From Bacilli bacterium (GTDB lineage: Bacteria; Bacillota_I; Bacilli_A; RF39; UBA660), in contig CAAGHJ010000002.1 of the NCBI GenBank assembly GCA_900769635.1, positions 1,627-65,626 on the forward strand: 64,000 nucleotides of DNA, read 5' to 3'. The notes below the pieces were generated by a model. It was given only the letters and a program-made list of their open reading frames with translations. It made no database searches and was not told where the DNA came from. A program made the translations under genes and the position numbers. Of this stretch, positions 56,721-64,000 are shown in pieces. Every line of letters starts with the position of its first letter. Position 1 is the stretch's first letter.

Positions 56721-57575
56721 ATAATAAGTTTTCTCTATATAATCAAGATATTTACGTACGTGTACGCACTCCGTATAACTATCATTATAAAGAGAAATAG
56801 GCCTAGGAAGTAGAAGAAGGGCAAACATAAGATCCTTTTCTTCATCCAAAAGAGGATATTTACTCTCATAAATTTTAAGTATCTCCCCAAAATCAAAATC
56901 CAAATAATGATTTTGATATAAAGTAATAATATCATATATAGGAAAGTCTATTTTACTCTTATCCCAACTAATAAGATAGGGCTTACCATTTTTAAGATAA
57001 TGATCCATTGATAAATTACCGTGGATATTAACGTATCTAATTTTTCTTTTACCATCTACTTTAAGATGCCAGCTTTCAATAAGCCCCTTTGATTTATCAA
57101 GAGACCTATAAAGAGCAGTCAAATTTCTTGCTAAAAGGTAAGATGCTGGCGACATATATGTTTCCCTAGTCACATTCTCCATAAGAGTATTAAGATAATT
57201 AAAACTACTATCAATTTCCTTATTAACCTCCTCATATATGTACTTATAATCCTCAGTATCAACTTCCTTATAAAAAGTAGTTTTACTATGAAGAAGACCT
57301 ATTAAATATATTAGGCCTTCCATTTTTTGTTCCTTTGGCTCCTGAACATCCTCAATATAATCAAATATATCATAATTAGGATCACTATATTTATTAGGAA
57401 AATAATCAAAAGAGCGCGACTTCAAATAATTATATATGATGTCAAGATCATCCCTTTTTTTCTTTTTTAAAACAATCTTCCCTTCAGGGGTTGTTAATAT
57501 AGTTGCACCCTTTTTAATTGTAATCTTCTCTACTTTAAGATTAAGATTTTTAATAGCATCACGAAAATTATTCAT
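56685..57575 (-). CDS. ysxE: CotS/YsxE-type spore coat kinase-like protein
   Basis: Phosphotransferase-fold pattern (HGNLSMDHYL..., ISWDKSKIDFPIYDI). Immediately downstream of, and overlapping, the spoVID-like gene, as in Bacillus. Confidence 0.6.
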   Translation of the reverse strand: MNNFRDAIKNLNLKVEKITIKKGATILTTPEGKIVLKKKKRDDLDIIYNYLKSRSFDYFPNKYSDPNYDIFDYIEDVQEPKEQKMEGLIYLIGLLHSKTTFYKEVDTEDYKYIYEEVNKEIDSSFNYLNTLMENVTRETYMSPASYLLARNLTALYRSLDKSKGLIESWHLKVDGKRKIRYVNIHGNLSMDHYLKNGKPYLISWDKSKIDFPIYDIITLYQNHYLDFDFGEILKIYESKYPLLDEEKDLMFALLLLPRPISLYNDSYTECVHVRKYLDYIEKTYYLASEYRKEKEP

Positions 57576-58401
57576 ATCTCTTATAAGGAATTATTATCTT
57601 ATCACCATATTTAATATCCGATAAATCATTATAAGCACTCAAATCATCTTTTGTAACATTATACTTCTTTAAAATAGTATCAATAGTATCATCTTCTTTA
57701 ATCAAATATACCCTATATGCAGTATAAGTATCAGCTGTTTCAAAACTAGCAAACAAATTATTATTCTCATTAATATTTTGATTCTCATTATTATTAATAT
57801 TAGAATTAACAATATTAGAAGTACCATTATCACTTACATTATCATTATTAATAGAATCCATAAAATTATCATTTTGAATATCATCTAAAGAAACTCCACT
57901 ATTGTCTAGGCTATTAGGTAAGTTTTCCAGTTGGGACTTCTTGTAATTAACATCATTAAATTCATCAGGCACGCGAGAATCATCATTATCATTATAAGTG
58001 TTACTATCTATACTCTCTACATCTTTCCCATTAATGTTTTCCCTATCTTCTTTTTCCTTTTCCGGTTCCCCTATTTCAGTCGCATCAAGCAATAAATCAA
58101 TATTAACCTTTAAAGTATTCTTACCAGTTTCATAATAAAAATCATCAACATCAAGAAGCATATCATCTAAATCAATCTTTGTTGCTAGAGCAATATCAAA
58201 CGGTAAAGTAAAATTAAAAGGATCCTTATTTTCTGAACTTTCCGTTTGTTTATAATCACCACTAATTATAAAGTTACCACTTATAAGCGTATCAGTTTTC
58301 TTTGTTAAATGATGCTCTAAAGAAATAGAGGTCACTTCATAAAGCGGGGTATTAAACTCCAAATCTTTTCTAAAAGGTATTATCTTTTTCACACATATCA
58401 T
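57568..58401 (-). CDS. spoVID: stage VI sporulation protein D-like (SPOCS-type N-domain, acidic linker, C-terminal LysM)
   Basis: N-terminus LEFNTPLYEVTSISLEHH...ISGNFIISGDY, a D/N/E-rich middle, and a C-terminal LysM (YRVYLIKEDDTIDTILKKYNVTKDDLSAYNDL). The start may be GTG 58392. Confidence 0.6.
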   Translation of the reverse strand: MICVKKIIPFRKDLEFNTPLYEVTSISLEHHLTKKTDTLISGNFIISGDYKQTESSENKDPFNFTLPFDIALATKIDLDDMLLDVDDFYYETGKNTLKVNIDLLLDATEIGEPEKEKEDRENINGKDVESIDSNTYNDNDDSRVPDEFNDVNYKKSQLENLPNSLDNSGVSLDDIQNDNFMDSINNDNVSDNGTSNIVNSNINNNENQNINENNNLFASFETADTYTAYRVYLIKEDDTIDTILKKYNVTKDDLSAYNDLSDIKYGDKIIIPYKRYE

Positions 58402-58481
58402 CCTCTCTAATAAAAGTTATGTGTTACCCCTATATATATGACATTTTTTAGAGTTTAACATAAAATACTTTGGGTGAAAGA

Positions 58482-58943
58482 ATGTTAATAAAGAAAAGAG
58501 GTAAAGATAATTACTTAGTCACTATTTTCATAGAAGAATTAAATAACATTAATATAAATAGCAAACTCGAGGGTGAGAAAATTATTGACCAAATATTAGA
58601 AAAAATTATTAAAGATGGAATAAGAGATGGCATTATTTTTGTTGATACATACATAGATGGAAATTATGGACTTATAATGGAAATAACTAGAAAGAAAGTA
58701 TGGGGTAATAATAATCTTAATATACACTTCAATTTCTTTTTAGATAGAGCCATATTATATGAAGGTGATTATTTTCTAACCAAAATGCTCCCCAAAAATA
58801 GTTACAAAATCTACTACTATAATCAAAAATTTTACATAGAATTAGTAAGCCTAATCGAAAAAGACCTCTATCTAAAATTACTAGAAAATTCAAGTGTTAT
58901 TATAGACAAAGAAAATATCAAAAATAAAGGTATTAAAGTTTAG
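58482..58943 (+). CDS. hypothetical protein
   Basis: ORF with ATG 58482. No motif recognised. Confidence 0.4.
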   Translation: MLIKKRGKDNYLVTIFIEELNNININSKLEGEKIIDQILEKIIKDGIRDGIIFVDTYIDGNYGLIMEITRKKVWGNNNLNIHFNFFLDRAILYEGDYFLTKMLPKNSYKIYYYNQKFYIELVSLIEKDLYLKLLENSSVIIDKENIKNKGIKV

Positions 58944-59003
58944 GCTTAGGCCTTTTTGTTTACCATACAGGAGTTTGTAATAATATCACCAAAAGTATAA
59001 TAG

Positions 59004-60041
59004 TTAATCTTCCATTGCTTTTTCTTTAAAAACTATAATTTTGTTATTTAAATTTACTTCAACATTAATGCCTATTGGAAGTACACAAATAGGCGAAGCA
59101 TGACCAAAATTTACATTATATAGAATTGGTAAGTTGGGCATGTGAGCCTCTTTTCCTATTACATCTTTATATACTTGTTTATATTCATTATAATATGTTT
59201 CATTTTTAGGTTTACCAACAATAATGCCAGATAAATTAGAAACAATACCTTGTGCTACTAAATTTCTTAAATAATAACATAGAATATTGGGTGCTAATTC
59301 CTCTTCACTTGTTTCCAAGAATAATATCTTTCCTTTAAAATCATCGCAAGCAGGCCAAATTTCTGTACCAATAATGATAGGGAAAACATCTATACAGCCA
59401 CCTAATAATTGTCCAGAAAACTTACCACTTCCTTGTAATACTTCAAATCCATGCATTTCTTTATTCATTTTTCTTTGTATATTATTATTTTCTTTTACCG
59501 TCCAGTCTAAAAATTCTGAAGTCCAAAACGGACTTGACTTAATTACAATATTATTCTTGTTTTCAAATAATACTTCATTGATATATTTTTTTGTATAATT
59601 ATGCATTTGTCCATTTTCTGCAAATTCACACATAACACAAGGACCATAATAAGATATTAATCCTACATGATACATCATAAAATGATTTACTGTAGTATCT
59701 GAATATCCCATAAACATTTTAGGATTATTCTTAATAATTTCAAAATCAATATATGGAAGAAGTCTAATTGTATCAGAACCACCAATAATTGTTATTATAC
59801 CTTTAATTAATGGGTTTTTAAAAGCATTCATAAGATCTTCTGCTCTTTTCTCTGGATGCTCATATAAAAAGGAACTTCCTTTTAATGCATTTGGCATTAT
59901 TATAACATTAAGTCCTAATTCTTCTAATCTTTCTTTCCCAAGTTCAACTCTATGTGTAAATAGTTGATCTCCGCCCATTCCATTAGACAAACTAACAATT
60001 GCAACAGTATCTCCTTTTATTAATTTTTTAGGTTTTATCAT
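59004..60041 (-). CDS. S66 family LD-carboxypeptidase (LdcA/MccF-like)
   Basis: GYSDTT nucleophile motif and a C-terminal FGH, 345 aa. Confidence 0.7.
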   Translation of the reverse strand: MIKPKKLIKGDTVAIVSLSNGMGGDQLFTHRVELGKERLEELGLNVIIMPNALKGSSFLYEHPEKRAEDLMNAFKNPLIKGIITIIGGSDTIRLLPYIDFEIIKNNPKMFMGYSDTTVNHFMMYHVGLISYYGPCVMCEFAENGQMHNYTKKYINEVLFENKNNIVIKSSPFWTSEFLDWTVKENNNIQRKMNKEMHGFEVLQGSGKFSGQLLGGCIDVFPIIIGTEIWPACDDFKGKILFLETSEEELAPNILCYYLRNLVAQGIVSNLSGIIVGKPKNETYYNEYKQVYKDVIGKEAHMPNLPILYNVNFGHASPICVLPIGINVEVNLNNKIIVFKEKAMED

Positions 60042-60197
60042 AATACCTCCTTATAATTTTATGATTTAAATATCTAATAATAATATCAACACTACAACAA
60101 TATAGTTCGTATGATAGCATAGAAAAAGTTAAAAGTCAAGATACTCATAACTCGATATATTAGAATGGTTTTGTTTACCCTACAGGGGCAAATACTA

Positions 60198-62153
60198 TTA
60201 TAGTTCTCCTTTATAGAAATAAATTCTCATAGCATTATCAGAATATTTTGGTTTAGATACATCTATATCTAAAAATCTACCAATATAGTATATTATAAAC
60301 TGTGATGCTATAAATAAATCAAACGCAGCAAGTAATCCATCATATTTACTTTCTATCAAAATACAATCATTGCCTAAATAGTTTAATAACTCTTTTTCAT
60401 ATTTACTTGTAGATTTTTGTTTAAAATATATAGAAATATTATTATCTAAATTTTCATAATTAACAAATCTTCCGTGCGAAAAATTCTTTTTTTCGTGAAC
60501 AATAGCATTAAATATCCCTGCTTCAATAATTTTACTTTCTAAGTCAAAACAAGCAGTATTTGTATAATCACCTTTAAATATATTTATAATATTCTTTATC
60601 TTTAATCTTTCTATTAAAGAATTATTAATCAATTTTTCAATATGATCACTCCAATACAAAATAGAACCCTTTATAAAATCGTTAACATCTATATCACTAT
60701 TTGACTTTTCCAAATAATATTTTAAAAATATAGCCGCAGGAGCTACAGCACCTTCAAAAGATAAAAATCCTCTTTCTTTTCCTTTATTTGATGTTGTTCT
60801 ATAACTAAGTATATTTTCTTTCAAGATATTAGTTTTAGATAAAACTTTCTTTACCTCTCCCTTAGTAATAATATAAACCTTTTTCATATCAAACCCTTTA
60901 ATACAGTTAACAATATCACTTGTTGAACCAGAATACGAAAACAAAATAACTTTATCAATATTAACATTATTTCTATACAAAACATCTCTAGGATATAATG
61001 CATAAGTATTACAACCATATAATAAATTTATAACTCTTGATGAAAAGTATGCACTAGCATAAGAGCCACCTGTACCAACGAATAAAATATTTTGTTTGCT
61101 AGTGAAACTTATATTATTTAATGTTTTAATTACTGATGAATTTATTGCATTAATTACTCTTTTTTCTAAATTATTGATATTAATATTACATCTTTTAATT
61201 TGTTTTCTTTCCGTAAATATAAAATTATCACAAGTACAAGAATCATCACTCTTTTTTATTTTAAATAGCGAATTAATATGACCTCTAGCACCCATTTTAG
61301 AAACTACTTTAAAAGTAAGCTTATTAGAATTTTCATACCACTTTGGAAATTTATTAACATCATAATTAAAGTTGTTTTTTAAACAATCCTTTATAATACT
61401 TGAAATAAAAGCATCTCCCGCACCTGTTGCATCGACAGTTTCTCCCTTAGTTAATAATTCAAAATTATATATATAATTACTTGTTATAAATGTTGCTCCA
61501 TTTTCACCTCTTGTAATTGTCATTAAATTAGGTTGTATAATATTATATAAATCTTTATCATCTTTTAGAGCAAATCTATTTAATAAATATTTTGTAACTC
61601 TTTCGTTAAAATTAATTATTTCAAATTTATTGGCTATTTTCTTTATAATTTCTTCATTAGTTATTTTTTCAAATTCAAAATATTGTCCTAAATCTATTAT
61701 TTTTTTATTTTTAGTATTATCAATAATTATTTGATTTTTATCATTCAAATTATCAAAAACTAAAATATCATCTTCATAAATATTAGATAAAACATAATCC
61801 GTATCTATTAAACTCTTTTCATACCACTTTTTATTATTACAAAAAGGACATCTCTTTTTTGAAGTAAAAGATAATTTACCATCATTATCATAGTATGAAA
61901 TATGAAAACATCTTGTCCTACTATTTTCTATTATTTTAATATTACTAGTATCTACATTAACTTTTTTTAAAGAATTAATAGCTATTTCTCCTTGTAAATC
62001 ATCCCCACAACATCCAAATACAGAAGTACTTACTTTCATTTTTGCTAAATTGGCAATTATATTATGAGATGTCATACCGCCATTAATACCTAATAATTTA
62101 TTATTTTTATAATAATAATCTGTTACCAAATCTCCTATACTTACTACTCTCAT
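60198..62153 (-). CDS. fusion protein: PfkB-family sugar kinase (N) plus SIS sugar-phosphate-binding domain (C)
   Basis: PfkB signature DATGAGDAF. A CPFC...(zinc-ribbon-like) insert. C-terminal half with LFVGTGGSYASA typical of SIS domains. Confidence 0.65.
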   Translation of the reverse strand: MRVVSIGDLVTDYYYKNNKLLGINGGMTSHNIIANLAKMKVSTSVFGCCGDDLQGEIAINSLKKVNVDTSNIKIIENSRTRCFHISYYDNDGKLSFTSKKRCPFCNNKKWYEKSLIDTDYVLSNIYEDDILVFDNLNDKNQIIIDNTKNKKIIDLGQYFEFEKITNEEIIKKIANKFEIINFNERVTKYLLNRFALKDDKDLYNIIQPNLMTITRGENGATFITSNYIYNFELLTKGETVDATGAGDAFISSIIKDCLKNNFNYDVNKFPKWYENSNKLTFKVVSKMGARGHINSLFKIKKSDDSCTCDNFIFTERKQIKRCNININNLEKRVINAINSSVIKTLNNISFTSKQNILFVGTGGSYASAYFSSRVINLLYGCNTYALYPRDVLYRNNVNIDKVILFSYSGSTSDIVNCIKGFDMKKVYIITKGEVKKVLSKTNILKENILSYRTTSNKGKERGFLSFEGAVAPAAIFLKYYLEKSNSDIDVNDFIKGSILYWSDHIEKLINNSLIERLKIKNIINIFKGDYTNTACFDLESKIIEAGIFNAIVHEKKNFSHGRFVNYENLDNNISIYFKQKSTSKYEKELLNYLGNDCILIESKYDGLLAAFDLFIASQFIIYYIGRFLDIDVSKPKYSDNAMRIYFYKGEL

Positions 62154-62780
62154 TTAAATATTCCTTTCTAACCATTCATATAAATATTTATCCTTAAAAG
62201 CATGTGATGTTAAGAAATGATTATCGTTTTCTATAATTTTTAGTTCTATATTTTTAGCTTCAATACTTTTAAGCTTATTATAAGCTTCAATGCTCTTACT
62301 AACATCAATAACATCATCTTTATCACCATGATATATTAATATAGCTTTATCTTTTATTTTTGATAAAGTATTTTCTATAGGCAACATAATGCCTCCAGAA
62401 ACTGATACTATACCTTTAAATAATTCTGGCCTCATCATAATATAATTCCAAGCTCCAAATGCACCCATACTACTACCCAAAATACAAACCCTGTTTTTGT
62501 CATATTTATAAATTTTATAAACATCTTTTAATATCTTTTCAACATCTCTTAAATGATAATCCCAAAAGTTATTATCACTACATTGTGGTGCAATAACAAT
62601 ATATGGTATGTTAAATCTATTCATATATTTTGGTAAAGCATACCTTTCTATATCAGAGATATTTTTTCCTCTTTCACCAATGCCGTGTAAAAATAAGAGC
62701 AACGGTAAATTATCCTTTTTTTCTTTTGGATAATAAACAATATAATTTATATCATTATCAAATTTATAACATTTTTCCAT
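62154..62780 (-). CDS. alpha/beta hydrolase (esterase/peptidase S9-like)
   Basis: HGIGERG and the nucleophile elbow GSSMGA, with a late D and H (HGDKDD, NDNHF). Confidence 0.65.
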   Translation of the reverse strand: MEKCYKFDNDINYIVYYPKEKKDNLPLLLFLHGIGERGKNISDIERYALPKYMNRFNIPYIVIAPQCSDNNFWDYHLRDVEKILKDVYKIYKYDKNRVCILGSSMGAFGAWNYIMMRPELFKGIVSVSGGIMLPIENTLSKIKDKAILIYHGDKDDVIDVSKSIEAYNKLKSIEAKNIELKIIENDNHFLTSHAFKDKYLYEWLERNI

Positions 62781-62792
62781 ATTTACCTACTT

Positions 62793-63095
62793 TCATTTTA
62801 ATATTTTTCTTTTATTAATATTATAATTAAAACAATAATCAATTAATGACCTATTACTTGTATAATGTTTAATAAGATTAGGTAAACTATAAGTTAAATA
62901 AATATCATTATATCCATTTATAAAATTAATCATTTTATAATAATCGATACTATTATTTTCATAGCAATAACACATTATAATTCTTCCAATATCTAAAAGA
63001 TATGAGTTTAATCTAACTAATTCAAAATCTAAAATCTTTGGAGTATAATTATCAAAAATAAATTTTTGTAAATTATACTCCATTTTTGGCACCAC
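62793..63095 (-). CDS. hypothetical protein; weak resemblance to the C-lobe of CotS/APH-type kinases
   Basis: ILDFELVRLNSYLLDIGRII resembles the DFE...D(L/I) segment. It overlaps the DHH gene stop. It may be a gene fragment. Confidence 0.3.
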   Translation of the reverse strand: MVPKMEYNLQKFIFDNYTPKILDFELVRLNSYLLDIGRIIMCYCYENNSIDYYKMINFINGYNDIYLTYSLPNLIKHYTSNRSLIDYCFNYNINKRKILK

Positions 63096-63999
63096 TTAAA
63101 TATTTTTTTGTTATAGTAATAATTTCACTAACACTTTTTTTATTAGAAAATCCCGCCGCATTAGTATGCCCACCACCAGTTAATAGTTCAGCCAATTTAC
63201 TTACATCTATATTATTTTTACTACGAATTTCACCTTTAACTTTATGTCCGTAATCCATTATTACCATTAACAAATCAACATCACTTCTATTCAATATAAT
63301 TGGAATACATTTTTTTGATATATCAGAATATGAAACTCTATTGAATAACTCATTTTTCATATCTAAAATAGCATAACTGAAACCACAATTATTTAAATTA
63401 TTATTAATATACATAATAACATCCATTTCATCTTTTGTCTTTTCTAAATAAAATTTTCTAATCAAAAATTCATTATTAATATTATAATTTAAAAGTTTAC
63501 TAGCAATAGAAAAGGTTTTGTTAGAAACATTATTTGAAAACAAATTAGTATCACTTATAATTCCAGTAAATAATAATTCCGAAAGTTTTTTATCTAATCT
63601 AATACCCATTTTTTTTATAATATCATATACCATTTCACAAGTAGAACCAGCATTACAATCACTTAAAATATAATCTGCATTAGTTGAATTACCATTATGA
63701 TGATCAACATTAATTTTGAAATTTGCATTTAAATAGCAATCTTCCATAATACTTGGTAGTCTCGATATTCTATTAAGATCAAGTGCTATAAATGTATAAT
63801 CTTTAGAATAAAATTCATTACACAAAAAATAATTCAAATCAAAATATTCTATTTTCTTTATGCTTTCAGGTTCTATAAAAACCTTTACATTTTTATTTAC
63901 CTTTTTTAAACAATATGCCAAAGCAAGTGACGAACACATTGCATCAAAATCAGCATTTTTATGTCCACTAATAATAATATCATTAGATATATTAGTCAT
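63073..63999 (-). CDS. DHH/DHHA1 family phosphoesterase (NrnA-like)
   Basis: HKNADFDA, DHH (VDHHNG) and the DHHA1 GGGH motif (GGGHTNAAG). Confidence 0.75.
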   Translation of the reverse strand: MTNISNDIIISGHKNADFDAMCSSLALAYCLKKVNKNVKVFIEPESIKKIEYFDLNYFLCNEFYSKDYTFIALDLNRISRLPSIMEDCYLNANFKINVDHHNGNSTNADYILSDCNAGSTCEMVYDIIKKMGIRLDKKLSELLFTGIISDTNLFSNNVSNKTFSIASKLLNYNINNEFLIRKFYLEKTKDEMDVIMYINNNLNNCGFSYAILDMKNELFNRVSYSDISKKCIPIILNRSDVDLLMVIMDYGHKVKGEIRSKNNIDVSKLAELLTGGGHTNAAGFSNKKSVSEIITITKKYLSGAKNGV

Positions 64000-64000
64000 A

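Noticed and set aside
56570-56800. Track ORF 56570..56800(+)
   Set aside because: It is an alternative frame of the small membrane ORF and runs antisense into the ysxE-like gene. It has no RBS.
1-64000. CRISPR arrays, rRNA and tRNA genes
   Set aside because: I saw no regularly spaced direct repeats with unique spacers, no tRNA T-arm/acceptor patterns and no rRNA-like GC-rich blocks. The only tandem repeats are the three 13-mers near 46.85 kb.

Overview
AT-rich chromosomal window from a spore-forming, low-GC Firmicute. The sporulation genes dacB-spmA-spmB, gpr, spoIIP, spoIVB, spoIIM and spoVID-ysxE are interleaved with housekeeping genes: alaS, mutL, miaA, rpsT, mnmA, rarA, tcdA, pheST, frr and infC-rpmI-rplT. 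I found no rRNA, tRNA or CRISPR array. The main result is that dacB is split at its SxN motif by a ~15 kb integrated element (about 3258..18267). A large serine recombinase sits at the element's right end, both junctions share a GA dinucleotide, and the rebuilt attP has a symmetric GTTCAC/GTGAAC core. This layout resembles skin in sigK and SPbeta in spsM. The element is partly decayed: it holds a 5'-truncated helicase gene with two nonsense codons and an XRE repressor gene broken by a 5-bp duplication. It still carries an intact 8-gene operon (KdsC-like phosphatase, NeuB-like synthase, NeuA-like cytidylyltransferase, radical SAM/SPASM, Nudix, putative sialyltransferase, two unknowns) behind a leader-peptide/terminator attenuator, plus a HelD-type helicase. 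Other points of interest are a sigma factor/ClpX-paralogue operon, a transketolase homologue without its catalytic motifs, two T-box operons with extra small genes, and a ~350 nt unclassified structured RNA candidate. There is also a recurring GC-rich intergenic motif (TTTACCCCCGATAGGGC), a pair of J-domain proteins, and an L20 with a long basic tail. All functional calls rest on motifs I read in the translations. No database search was run.
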